Positions 50,451 to 63,653 are shown, counted from the first letter of the stretch. The stretch: 64,000 nucleotides of DNA from Eledone cirrhosa (GCA_964016885.1 OZ024752.1:40362001-40426000), one strand, 5' to 3'. The notes: generated by a model from the letters alone, not told the origin. Numbers and translations are program-made.

Positions 50451-51606
50451 ATGGATCCAAACTATGACAGACTATGTCATTGGCTCAAACAAATGGAACT
50501 GGAGCAGTATGCATCAGTGTTCAAGAAAAATGGAATATTACATCTTGAACAATGTGCATACCTTAATAGTGAGAAGTTGGACAAACTTGGTGTTAAACTT
50601 TCAGGTCATCGTAAACGAATCCTTGCTAATCTTCCTAATACGAGTGACTACCTCTTGGCTGAAAACTTATTCTCCGATCATTTTGAATCACCAAGTCCCC
50701 CTATACTTCCACCAAAAGTCAAACCTGTGCACCGTAAAGATACAGACGTACTCTTTGGTGTATCTGCTGCACCAACTAGTAATTCTGATTTGGGCTCATA
50801 TTTGGAGAAGCCTGTTCCTAAACCCCGAACAAGTGTTTGTAAGAAAAATGAAGAGGAATATTTACGCCCTGTTCCCAAACCCAGGGTTAGAACTAACACG
50901 CCTGTTAATGAACTTGAATCTAAAGCAACACCCAGTGCATTTACAGACCCAACACTTCCTTCCACAGTAGATGATTATTTCATTATGATTCCAACAGTTA
51001 AAGCAAATTGCTCAAAAGGATGTGAAACCCAAACCAGAAGCCATTCAACACTGATAGCATTTGATCCTCTTTTTCTTGAAGAAATCAATAATAATGACTG
51101 CAGTGAGACAACAAAACCTAATGATTGCAGTAACACTGATAAAAACGAAACTATCAATGATTTTGGTTCTAGTGAGGGGAATAAGCCAGCTTTATATGAA
51201 GATCTTTGGTGTTTAAAAAGTAAAGCACAAGACGATAGAGTATCTCAAGATGATAATAATACTGAGAATCAGGTCAGCTCTGATGATTGTCCTTGTGAAG
51301 ATTTTGATAGGAAACCTCCTCCATATCCACCTCCACAGTTACCAGTGAAACAACCTCCTCCAATACCTCCAAGAATTAATGAGAAACCTAAGTCTGTTGA
51401 TGAATGTGAAACCCTTAATGCTTTCCCAAATAACGACCCATTTGAGGATTTTGGCTCAGAATGTGATATGTTCAATAAAAGGGCTTTTCCAACAATTGGA
51501 GATATGGAATTTGATCCCTTTGGACATTTCCAAAATACATTTAGTCCCAACATGCGGCCATATCCATACCCTTCACTTTCTAAATTAAATCCCACGGGTC
51601 AAGCAG
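50451..51606 (+). CDS. ARAP: Coding exon: N-terminal SAM domain plus proline-rich region, probable first coding exon of an ARAP-family (ArfGAP/RhoGAP/ANK/PH) protein
   Basis: Pyrimidine tract and CAG acceptor at 50448-50 directly before ATG; donor CAG|GTAAGA at 51606/7; SAM signature WLKQMELEQYASVF..LDKLGVKLSGHRKRIL followed by PVPKPRT/PVPKPRV as in ARAP N-termini. Gene identity is less certain than the exon because the downstream domains are not in view. Confidence 0.85.
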
Positions 51607-51897
51607 GTAAGACATCTTTTTCATCTTTCCATGTTAAATGTTGGCAGTTTGAATATTTTTTCTTAACATTCATTTGTTCATGTCAACATCTAAAGTCTGT
51701 TTCGAGCCCAGAAGCTCATAAAGTCTGTGCTTATCCTAGTTTCTTTGGTGTTAAGTGACTGAAAGTACCCGTTGATAAGCAACACCTTCCTCAACATTCT
51801 CCCCTCTCATACACCTCCCTTTGTGGTAACCATCCCTCCCCTATTAGCTATGTCCGTACATTCCCCAAGCTTCCTCCTCCCTCTCTAGTTCCAAGAC

Positions 51898-52462
51898 AAA
51901 AGCACCCAGTCCCCACTGTAAAGTGGTCGTGTAGGTGACACGACGGAAAGCACCCAGTCCCCACTGTAAAGTGGTCGTGTAGGTGACACGACGGAAAGCA
52001 CCCAGTCCCCACTGTAAAGTGGTCGTGTAGGTGACACGACGGAAAGCACCCAGTCCCCACTGTAAAGTGGTCGTGTAGGTGAGACGACAGAAAGCACCCA
52101 GTCCCCACTGTAAAGTGGTCGTGTAGGTGAGACGACAGAAAGCACCCAGTCCCCACTGTAAAGTGGTCGTGTAGGTGAGACGACGGAAAGCACCCAGCAC
52201 ACACTGTAAAGTGGTCGTGTAGGTGACACGACGGAAAGCACCCAGCACACACTGTTATGTGGTCGTGCACAACGAAAAACTCCCAGCATACACTGTAAAT
52301 GTGGTCGACGTTAGGAAGGGCACCCAGCTGTAGAAATCAAACCAAAATCTGCCCCGGGTGAGCTAAACATGGTCCTCTGACCTGATTTTCTCCCTAATGG
52401 TCAATCCGTCCTACCCATGCTAGTGTGGAAGATGGACGTTAAACGGCGATGACAATGATGAT
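51898..52462 (+). repeat. 48-bp tandem array (~7.5 units) inside a SINE-A/RTE-tail-type element
   Basis: AAAGCACCCAGTCCCCACTGTAAAGTGGTCGTGTAGGTGACACGACGG units leading into the TTAGGAAGGGCA..CCATGCTAG..GGACGTT tail. Confidence 0.85.
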
Positions 52463-52472
52463 AATATATTTA

Positions 52473-52523
<51 letters not shown>

Positions 52524-52616
52524 CATATGTATATATGTGTGTATATTTATGCATAGGTATGGTATATATATATACGTGCAAATATGTATATGTATATCAT
52601 TATCATGATATATGAA

Positions 52617-52656
<40 letters not shown>

Positions 52657-52783
52657 AAAGTTCTATTTAAATTGTTGGGATACAACAAGCAAATATTTTT
52701 ATAACTGGTATAAAGCACTCAACAAATAATTGGAGTAAACATACGATATTAACAAATGGAAACTATATTTATAAAACCATATT

Positions 52784-52848
52784 TATTTCATTATACATAT
52801 TTCAAGGACACCAAATTAAATTATGGTGTGCTTTCATCAGATAAAATA
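52784..52848 (-). ncRNA. Hammerhead ribozyme motif, family 1
   Basis: tattttat-CTGATGA-aagcacacca/tggtgtcctt-GAA-ATATGTAT-A-atgaaata. Confidence 0.8.
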
Positions 52849-52974
52849 TAATATAGATCAGTTTTATAAATAAATAAATATTGACATACCCTTAAAGAAT
52901 GCGACCATTCCAACAGTAATGGTTGCATTCTTTAACGGTATGTCAATATTTATTTATAAAACTGCTCTATATTA

Positions 52975-53039
52975 TATTTTATCTGATGAAAGCACACCAT
53001 AATTTAACTTGGTGTCCTTGAAATATGTATAATGAAATA
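52975..53039 (+). ncRNA. Hammerhead ribozyme motif, family 1
   Basis: CTGATGA 52983-89, GAAA 53020-23, predicted cleavage after A53031. Confidence 0.8.
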
Positions 53040-53068
53040 AATATGGTTTTATAAATATAGTTTCCATT

Positions 53069-53112
<44 letters not shown>

Positions 53113-53497
53113 GTTGGTACCACAAAATATCCAACCCACACTTTAAAGTGGTTATATAGATGTCACAACAAAAAGCACCCAGCCCACACTGTAAGATGGT
53201 CAGGTAAAAGACATAGTAAAAAGCACCCAGCACACATTGTAAATGTGGGTGGCATTAGGAAGGGTATCCAGTTGTAGAAAACCAGCCAGAAACAGTCCTA
53301 TATGAGCGAGACAGGGGAACCCAACCCAGCTTGCCTCTAAATGGGACAAACGCGTCTAACCCATGCTAGCGTGGAAGATAGACGTTAAATGATGATGATA
53401 TATTTATATACGGACAAAGAGAGAGAGAGAGATATTGTGGATCTGTAGGGTTAAAAAAATTTCCCTGAGATTGTTTACAACCAAGATCATAAAATGA

Positions 53498-53707
53498 TTT
53501 CTAGTATAGGCACAAGGCCAGTAATTTTGGGTGCAGGAGTCGATTAAATTGACCCCAGTACATTACTGGTGCTTTATTTTATTCACCCCGTAAGGATGAA
53601 AGGCAAAGTTAACCTCGGTGGGATTTGAACTCAGACCGCAAAGAGCCGTAACTCTGTGTTGCAAAGCATGGTCTCCGACTCTCTGCCGATACTGCCAATC
53701 CACCACC
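53498..53707 (-). mobile_element. SINE B
   Basis: Reverse complement of SINE B. Confidence 0.85.
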
Positions 53708-55254
53708 TTTAACCAAGATCATAAAATGAATAAGATTTTGTACCATTTTCACTTGATTGTGAATAGAAACCGTTGAGAAATGATGGAACGCCATTACTTG
53801 TCATTTCATAACTTCCTTTCAAGTGACTCAATTTAACTTTGTGACATTTAGTGTGTGTATATACGTATGTATATGTGATGTGGTAAATAAATATATAGAT
53901 AGACATGGTAAATAAATATATATATTTATTAAAATAACAGATTAAAGTTTAAGCAAAGAATCGCTGCTTTCACCCTTAACGTGATCTTCTGAAACTAAAA
54001 AAAAAAAAAAAAAAAAAAAAAGAAAAAAATCGATCTGTGGACGCAGAAGTAAATATTTCGAAAAACGTTGCAACCGAAGGAAAACAGGAAGACGATATTT
54101 GGAATTTTAAATAGGTCTTCCTGCTAGATATGGGTATATTCTTCGTAGAAATATTAAGGTGTTGTTTCTGCATTTTGATTTAAAGTCCAAAGAGTGCTCA
54201 ACCGAGGGAGCCAAATAGTAATAAAATATAGATGGTAAATAAATATATACATATATACATCAGGTCTGAACACAATGGAACCGAACTTCCATTGTCACTA
54301 CCCCCATCTCTTCCATTCTCCTCATCTCTCACTATTATAAGCAAATGTGGGCCCATGTGCTGGCAGTCCCGCGACTCTTGCCGACAGAATAGAGAAGGCG
54401 TTTCCCCGGGGTATTGTGAGGAAGATGTGCTGTCATGTATTATGAAATGTATTTTCTAACTTCCGCTTCCTTTCTTTTGGACGAAACCGTTCACAGTTAT
54501 CTCCCTTGCATCATTCAGGCAAATGTGTGACACTAATCACTATCACTATCACCATCACCACCACCACCATCATCACCATTACCACGATGTTCACATGTTA
54601 GTATGTGTCAGAGAAGACTTTTTTTTGAGGCAATGTTTTATAGTAGTAGCCGAATGACCTTGATACTAACTATCCTTTTCTGTAGCTTCTTACGACAACC
54701 GGATCTTGGAAAAATATATATATAACAACCAATGAATTGCGGCTGGTGTCGCTTTGGGGAGCGAGCCGGATCAGTTGGAAACGGTTGCTTCTGACAGGAC
54801 CTGTTGGAAGGAGTCTTTGAGGACTCTGCAGCCCCCACCCCCGACCAACCGTCTCAAGAATAAGTGGATGAAGAAGAAGACACTCTAAGTTATTTCTTAC
54901 TAAATATAAAATTAAGTGAACAACCCCCTCCCTAAACAAAACGATAAATCCACAGATATTTTAATCGTATATTGAGATAATTTGTGAAATGTGTGTCCGA
55001 GAGAATTTTATTGATATTTTTGAAAATCTCTCCTAGTTTTTTCAGAAATCACCTCAAATGATGTTGATAAAATTAGAATACAAATGTTTATAAATAATAT
55101 TTTTCTTACGTTTTTTTTTTGTATACTATATAGTTTTTTGTTCATTAAAAAGCATGTGTATGTATGTAATATATATATATATATATATGGAAGAGGCTAT
55201 TTTGCTGGTCCCGGTAAAATAGGCTTCCCAGGTTATCTTGCCAGTAAGAGTTTC

Positions 55255-56010
55255 AGACATCATGCTTTGCTGCATAGAGTTACGGCCCTTTGTGGTCTGA
55301 GTTCAAATCTCGCCGAGGTTAGCTTTGCCTTTCATCCTTACGGGGTCGATAAAATAAAGTACCAGTCACGCACTGGGGTCGATTTAAATGACTTTCCCAT
55401 CCCCTCAAAATTGCTGGCCTTGTGCCTATATAAGAAACCATTATTTTGAAGGAAAGTAATGTTAACAATAACAACACAGATTTAACACGGAAGTTTATTT
55501 ATTTTCACAAGGGAGACAACTCTTTCAAAAATGTTATGAATATTTGCTATGTAGTTCTTTCTAACAGACAGCCAAAACGAATATTTCAAAGCATGGTACT
55601 GTCAACCCACTGCTCTCTTATAATAATGATAATAATAATAATTGTTTCTACTTTTGACACAAGGCCAGCAATTACCCCAGTGTATTACTGGTACTTTATT
55701 TTATCGACCCCGTAAGGATGAAAGGCAAAGTTAACCTCGGCGGGATTTGAACTCAGAATGGCAAGGGACGTAACTCTATGCGTCAAAGCATGGCGTCCGA
55801 CCCTCCCGATACTGCCAATCCACGCTTTCATTATTAACCACAAGGGTTGACATAAAGTATAACATGAAGGACAACACAGAACGGTACAACTGGGCATTTC
55901 TGCGTGTAAAGAAAAAAATAATTGTTTCTACTTTTGTTGGCACAAGGCCAGCAATTATTCCAGTGTATTACTGGTACTTTATTTTATCGACCCCGTAAAG
56001 ATGAAAGGCA
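55255..56010. mobile_element. SINE B copies: 55255-55445(+), 55623-55826(-), 55918-56010(-)
   Basis: Conserved SINE B blocks. Confidence 0.85.
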
Positions 56011-56249
56011 AAATAATAACAAAGGATGTAACAAAAAAGAAACAAGGAAAAATTACCCATTAGAGGGTGGGGTGGGGGTTGGGGGGGGGGACTTCAGAGG
56101 GTGACCGCTCCGGGCAAGCGCCCTCTTCCAGTTTTCCTCCTACGATACTACAGGCACACGCTCAGGACAGATCCATTCACACCACGGGCCATTCTTGCCT
56201 CTCCCACTCACCTAAATAGTAAATGATGAAATAATTGTTTTTACTTTTG

Positions 56250-56403
56250 GTATGTATGGGTTATATCGATTCGTTTGTAAACAAACGGCCCGCTTTGAGG
56301 CTGTGCTGTGTCGGTCACCGATCGGCGCCTGTTTGTTCAACACTGGCTTTGTTTACAAACGAATCGAACATTATTATTAATGTTCGATATAACCCATACG
56401 TAC
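56250..56403. mobile_element. Small MITE-like element with nested inverted repeats
   Basis: GTATGTATGGGTTATATCGA/TCGATATAACCCATACGTAC and TCGATTCGTTTGTAAACAAA/TTTGTTTACAAACGAATCGA. Confidence 0.55.
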
Positions 56404-56432
56404 ATATGTATATATGTGTGTGTATGTATATA

Positions 56433-56638
56433 TCATCATCATCATCATCATCATCATACGTCCGCTTTTCCCTGCTTGCAAGGGTGGGACGGATTTTATC
56501 ACGGCATCTCTCCATTTGTCACGGTGCTTTGTCATCTCCTCCGTGAGTTTCAGCGATCTGAGGTCTGCTCTCATCACCTCCGCCTATGTTTTTCGTGGTC
56601 TTCCTCGACTGCATCTTCCTTCCACTGGGATTTCTTGG

Positions 56639-56640
<2 letters not shown>
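56433..56640 (-). mobile_element. RTE-clade LINE 3' end
   Basis: RGRPRKT..MRADLRSLKLTEEMTKHRDKWRDAV; terminal ~40 nt match the SINE A end. Confidence 0.8.
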
Positions 56641-56700
<60 letters not shown>

Positions 56701-56796
56701 CTTCGGCTCTGTTTAACTACATTGAGCTATACCTTTTACTGTCATTTCTATAATACGAAGAGGGTGTTTAACTCCAACATGCTCCAGTATTTTAAC

Positions 56797-56826
<30 letters not shown>

Positions 56827-56827
<1 letters not shown>

Positions 56828-57022
56828 ACGAACGAAATGTGGTAAGGAACCAGGTGGACCATAACGCACCAAAGTACTCAATACTTAGGGAAGTAGAGTG
56901 GGTAATAGGAACGAGTAGGACTACGACGGCTGAGCTCAAGCCGTTTCGACGACTAATTCTGTAGTCCAGAATTAGCCGTCGAAACGGCTTGAGCTCAGCC
57001 GTCGGGGTCCTACTCGTTCCTA
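56827..57022 (-). mobile_element. Fold-back element family 6, second copy
   Basis: Homologous to 50205-50400; hairpin 56906-57022. Confidence 0.7.
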
Positions 57023-57049
57023 TATATATATATATATATAGTATTTGTT

Positions 57050-57203
57050 CAGCAATTACCCAGTGCATTACTGGTACTTTATTTTATCGACCACGTAAGG
57101 ATGAAAGGCAAAGTCAACCTCGGCGGGATTTGAGCTCAGATCGTAAAGGGACGTAACTCTATGCTGCAAAGCATGGCGTCCGACCCTCTACCGATACTGC
57201 CAA
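57050..57203 (-). mobile_element. SINE B
   Basis: Reverse complement of SINE B. Confidence 0.85.
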
Positions 57204-57278
57204 TAAATCAGAAGATCCCATTAAGGGTGAAAGCAGCGATTCTTTGCTTAAACTTTAATCTGTTATTTTAATAAATAA

Positions 57279-57487
57279 ATATATATATATATATATATGT
57301 GTGTGTGTATATATGTGTGTGTGTGTGTATATATGTGTGTGTGTGTGTGTATATATGTGTGTGTGTATATATATATACGTGTGTATATATATATATATGT
57401 GTGTGTATATATACATGCGTGTGTGTATATATATGTGTGTGTATATATATATGTGTGTGTGTGTATATGTGTATGTGTGTATCTATA

Positions 57488-57518
<31 letters not shown>

Positions 57519-57795
57519 GTGTATATATATATATGTGTGTGTGTATATATATATGTGTGTGTGTGTATATATGTGTATGTGTGTGTATATATATATATAT
57601 GTGTGTGTATATATATATATATGTGAGTATATATATATATATGAGTATATATATGTGTGTATATAAATATGTGTGTGTGTATATATATGTGTGTGTGTAT
57701 ATATATGTGTGTGTGTGTATATATGTGTATATGTGTATGTGTGTGTATATATATGTGTGCGTGTATATGTGTGTGTGTGCATACTTATATATATG
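57279..57795. repeat. TA/GT compound microsatellite
   Basis: Composition. Confidence 0.95.
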
Positions 57796-58200
57796 TAGAT
57801 ATAGAGAGAGAGATAAAATAGGATGGCTGTGTAGTAGTTGCTAGTTAAGGTAGGCTTAAGAATAAGAAAAAAAGCAAGAAGGGGGGGGGGCGGAATTTTT
57901 CCTCATCAATTGTCTACTGGGGTCTCGGATATTTCAATGCTTTAAAGACAATATATCTACCCCCAGAGTGTTCAATAACTAGGAAAGTTATTGGGAAAAC
58001 GGAAGAGAGAGGGAAAGAAAATAGAAGGGAAAAGGGAAAACGAACAGGTACAAAAAGTCTTATTAGTTTCACGTTTTATATGGAAAAAGGGGAAAGAAAG
58101 TTTGACATGTTGGGCTTTAGCCCTTCTTCAGTAGTACAACAATAAAGACAGGATCACAAAGGATACATACAGAAGCCTGTAACTTAATTATATATACAAT

Positions 58201-58645
58201 GGAGGCACATGGCTTAGTGGTTAGAGCATTAGATGGAGGCACATGGCTTAGTGGTTAGAGCATTGGATAGAGGCACATGGCTTAGTGGTTAGAGCATTGG
58301 ATGGAGGCACATGGCTTAGTGGTTAGAACATTGGCCTTGCAATCGAAAGGTTGTGAGTTCAATTCTCAGACCGGGTGATGTGTTGTTTCCTTGAGCAAGA
58401 CACTTTATTTCACATTGCTCCAGTTTACTCAGCTGTAGAAATGAGATGATAGGGACTGGGGTCCCTATCATTCCACTGCAAAGTGGTCGTGGAGGTGCCA
58501 CGGCAAAAACGCACCCAGCACTCACTGTAAATGAGGTTGGTGTTAGGAAGGGCATCCAGCTGTAGAAATCAAGCCAGAATCAGTTCTCGTCCCACCCTTG
58601 CAAGCAGGGAAAAAGCGGATGTAAAATGAAATGAAATGAAATGAT
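58201..58645 (+). mobile_element. SINE family A with four tandem 5' heads
   Basis: GAGGCACATGGCTTAGTGGTTAGA x4 before the body. Confidence 0.9.
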
Positions 58646-58939
58646 TTGTGACTTATATATATAAAAGTGTGTATGTGTGATTGTGTGTATGTTCTGGTAG
58701 AGTATATGTTAGTAGGATATCATTGAAAGCTATCTGTTGTATCTGACTTTGTTTCTAAAGGACATAGTAGTAACCATGTCCAGCAAATATTTGCTGCTTC
58801 TGTTAGCCAGTCACGGATTCTGTCTGCAGTTTGGTAAATGGGTAAATGTGTGCAAAACAGCCAAACACACATTTGAACAGTTCTTGTTATCACATTCTTT
58901 GGAGAACAGGTTTCCTTTGTTTAGCAGTTCAGCACTAAA

Positions 58940-59815
<876 letters not shown>

Positions 59816-59989
59816 TTCTACTGCTGCTTCTTGGAAAAAAACAAAATATATTTTTGTACATTTCCTCTTTGTATAAGTTAATACAAGACTGTATTAACTA
59901 ATACCAGAAAGAATTCAACAAGAAATTTAGCTTGCAGATATTTGTCCACCAAAGCTCAGTTCTCAGCCCCCTCTTTTTAATATAGCTGT

Positions 59990-60215
59990 TTAACCCTCTA
60001 GCATTTACATCACCCTATATATACTGTTGTATTTTTGTGGTAAAGTCTTTATTTAACATAATTATCTCACACAATATTGAATCTATGATATTCCGATATT
60101 ATCTATTTTGAGAACAATACCCTAACATCAGGATGAGTGGCTGGTTACAGCCAGTTCGAATTGAAGGAGGTGAAAGAATTCTGGCCGAAAAGAGCTGGTT
60201 AAATGCTAAAGGGTT
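59990..60215 (-). mobile_element. piggyBac-like MITE, diverged
   Basis: TTAA-CCCTCTAGCATTTA...AAATGCTAAAGGGTT. Confidence 0.8.
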
Positions 60216-60305
60216 GGACCATAGTTTGCAGATATGTGTCCAATAGGGCTCGTTTCTCAGTTCCCTCTATTTACTATAGTTTTTTAAATCATAACAAAGA
60301 AATTT

Positions 60306-60804
60306 AAGCATGGCTGTCCATGGGAACTCCTGTATGTCAACATCTTAGTCCTCAAAGTAAGGTTATCCATGGGACCTCTTGTATGTCAACATCTTAGTCC
60401 TCAAAGTAAGGTTATCCATGGGAACTCCTGTATGTCAACATCTTAGTCCTCAAAGTATGGCTGTCCATGGGAACTCCTGTATGTCAACATCTTAGTCCTC
60501 AAAGTATGGCTGTCCACGGGAACTCCTGTATGTCAACATCTTAGTCCTCAAAGCATGGCTGTCCATGGGAACTCCTGTATGTCAACGGCTAAGTCCTCAA
60601 AGCATGGCTGTCAATGGGAACTCCTGTATGTCAACATCTTAGTCCTCAAAGCATGGCTGTCCATGGGAACTCCTGTATGTCAGCATCTTAGTCCTCAAAG
60701 TAAGGCTGTCAATGGGAACTCCTGTATGTCAACATCTTAGTCCTCAAAGTAAGGCTGTCCATGGGAACTCCTGTATGTCAACATCTTAGTCCTCAAAGCA
60801 TGGC
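60306..60804. repeat. 49-bp minisatellite, ~10 copies
   Basis: AAGCATGGCTGTCCATGGGAACTCCTGTATGTCAACATCTTAGTCCTCA unit. Confidence 0.95.
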
Positions 60805-61186
60805 CATAAGGGTTTGAAACAGGAAAGTAGCCAATGTAAGGATGCGATGGAAAATGCTGTGTGGGAGTAACGAGAAGCACATCAAGATATGCAGCCAATC
60901 TCAGACCAGAAACTTGGCCTGGGTGCTTACATGGGAACAAGGTCAGAAATTTTGGCAGGGATGAATGATTGATTATATGAAGCAGTACTTAACTGGTAAT
61001 TATTTTATCAACTCCAGAAGAATGAAAGACATCAAGGATGTTTCAGAACAGTTGTCTCACAATTGCTATTTCCACTCCACCTTTGTCGCTTCTGCTTACC
61101 TTCAGTGTTATTTTAATTTCTCTTATTGACACTCTCTCTTTCATACTATCACACCAGTCCACAAACACTCAGCAAACACCCTAAAG

Positions 61187-61476
61187 CAGAGGTCCCCCAA
61201 CCACCAGGCTGTGGACCGGTACTGGGCCATGGATCATTTGCTACAGGGCCCTAATGAATTAACTTGTTTAAAATTATATAATAGATAAATTGAATATTGG
61301 ACTTCAATTTAAAAAGATTTACATGAGAATCAAAAGATTATACACTTTTTCTTCCCTTTAATAAATTGCTCTCTTTAGCGAAATGCACTTAAACAACACA
61401 TGTTCAGCTCCCAGTCCGCAGAAAGATTGTCTGGCATGAAGCCAGTCTGTGGTATAAAAAAAGCTGGAGACCACTG
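61187..61476. mobile_element. hAT (Charlie-type) MITE
   Basis: CAGAGGTCCCC...GGAGACCACTG TIRs; exact 8-bp TSD CCCTAAAG (61179-86, 61477-84). Confidence 0.9.
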
Positions 61477-61668
61477 CCCTAAAGTACTCATGACTCCTAC
61501 CAAATCAAACTGTACTCACCCTCCAAGTTTGGCAAATCATTGTATTCTATTATTCTATTTTGTTCTGATAGAATCGTAAACTATAGAATTCACAGACTTG
61601 ATGTATGATAATATGATAAAAGTTGTCCATTTTTCCAAACTGATCTTTACTAGCTGTTTACTTTGGAG

Positions 61669-61707
<39 letters not shown>

Positions 61708-61997
61708 TTTGTAGTTATCATATAAACATATGAATTTTTTAAAACTAAACATAAGATCATTACTTTTCACACATTATGGACACGTGTCTCAGGAATACTG
61801 ATATTTTCAATATAGTGCCTGGTTTTTATACATATTTTTTATACATATTAATACTTCTACATTAAAACATAGGGTTTTTATGCCTCGCCTATGTCTGGTG
61901 ACTTTTCATTTTTCTCTCTATATAACAGCTGGTTTCTCTCCTAACCACATATATCTCCCTTACATTAATACTAGAGCTAAATAAAAGAATAAATAAA

Positions 61998-62321
61998 TCA
62001 TCATCATCATCATCATCATTTTACGTCCGCTTCTCCCTGCTTGCAAGGGTGGGACGGGAACTGATTCTGGCTTGATTTCTACAGCTGGATGCCCTTCCTA
62101 ACACCAACCTCATTTACAGTGAGTGCTGGGTGCTTTTTTGCCGTGGCACCTACACGACCACTTTGCAGTCCCTATCATCTCATTTCTACAGCTGAGTAAA
62201 CTGGAGCAATGTGAAATAAAGTGTCTTGCTCAAGGAAACAACACATCACCCGGTCTGAGAATTGAACTCACAACCTTTCGATTGCAAGCCCAATGCTCTA
62301 ACCACTAAGCCATGTGCCTCC
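61998..62321 (-). mobile_element. SINE family A, hairpin-deleted subtype
   Basis: Same deletion junction as 38926-39240. Confidence 0.9.
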
Positions 62322-62654
62322 AAATAAATGTATCATTGATACGTTTACTCAACGGATGTCCAACTACATATTTTTCTATATATATATATATATCTATCTC
62401 TATCTATTTCCTCTCTCTATATATATCTCTCTCTGGTTCTTTACATGAAGTTCTTCTCTTTATCTATCTTTCCATCTCTCTATTTTGTTCCATGCATTTC
62501 TTCTTTTTCTTCTTTTTCTTCGTTTTCTGTCTTTCTTTTTTCTCTCTTTCTTTCTTTCTGTTTACAATTTTTTCACTGCCAATTCAACTTTTCAAATACA
62601 AGTCGATGTTATACGGTATGTCAAATCTATTTATCTATAAAACTGTTTATATTG

Positions 62655-62720
62655 TATTTTGTCTGAGGAAGGCATATCATATTGTTAATATGATATCCCT
62701 GAAATATATATAACGAAATA
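62655..62720 (+). ncRNA. Hammerhead ribozyme motif, family 1 (single-arm copy ~62590-62762)
   Basis: tattttgt-CTGAGGA-aggcatatcatatt/aatatgatatccct-GAA-ATATATAT-A-acgaaata. Confidence 0.85.
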
Positions 62721-62772
62721 AATATGGTTTTATAAATATAGTTTCCATTTATTTAATATCGTATATATATAT

Positions 62773-63446
62773 ATCATCATCATCATCATCATCAGGATTA
62801 GCATCCGTGTTCCACGCTTGCATGGGTTTGGACGGGGGTTTTCCCACTTGAGGCAAGAGTGGTTGTCTTGCTCGCATAGGACTGTCTGGCGGGTTTTCTA
62901 CAGCTGGATGCCCTTCCTAACACCAACCACATTTACAGTGTGGGGCTGGGAGGTTTTTACCGTGTTGCCTACACGGCCACATTACAGCGTGGACTGTCTG
63001 GCGGGTTTTCTACAGCTGGATGCTCTTCCTAACACCAACCACATTTACAGTGTGGGGCTGGGAGGTTTTTACCGTGTTGCCTACACGGCCACATTACAGC
63101 GTGGACTGTCTGGCGGGTTTTCTACAGCTGGATGCCCTTCCTAACACCAACCACATTTACAGTGTGGGGCTGGGAGGTTTTTACCGTGTTGCCTACACGG
63201 CCACATTACAGCGTGGACTGTCTGGCGGGTTTTCTACAGCTGGATGCCCTTCCTAACACCAACCACATTTACAGTGTGGGGCTGGAAGGTTTTTACCGTG
63301 TTGCCTACACGGCCACATTACAGCGTGGACTGTCTGGCAGGTTTTCTACAGCTGGATACCCTTCCTAACACCAACCACATTTACAGTGTGGGGCTGGGAG
63401 GTTTTTACCGTGTTGCCTACACGGCCACATTTACAGCGTGGACTGT
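62773..63446 (-). repeat. 112-bp tandem array (x5) derived from a SINE-A/RTE-tail-type element
   Basis: GGACTGTCTGGCGGGTTTTCTACAGCTGGATGCCCTTCCTAACACC units following a (CAT)n tail. Confidence 0.85.
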
Positions 63447-63653
63447 GTGTTTTTTTGTCATATATATATATATATATATATATATAAATTGTTGATGTTA
63501 TTTGATACTAAATACTAGATATTAGAGGTTATCAAGTAGTAAATGTGAGATAAACAATAGGATAACTTAGTACATTAAATGATAATGGTTTTGGTTATCT
63601 AGTAGACATGTGATATAGTCGCTTGATGGTAGTCAGGGGTTGTCTAAGTAAAA

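Larger units (their letters stand above)
52655..53070 (-). mobile_element. Penelope-like fold-back element family 1 in (TA)n, two hammerheads
   Basis: ~155-bp inverted arms around centre ~52913; tail at 52655-52745. Confidence 0.75.

Noticed and set aside
50217-51758. 513-aa ORF as a whole protein
   Set aside because: The first 78 codons run through a fold-back repeat and (TA)n, and the tail after 51606 follows a strong donor site. Only 50451-51606 is credible.
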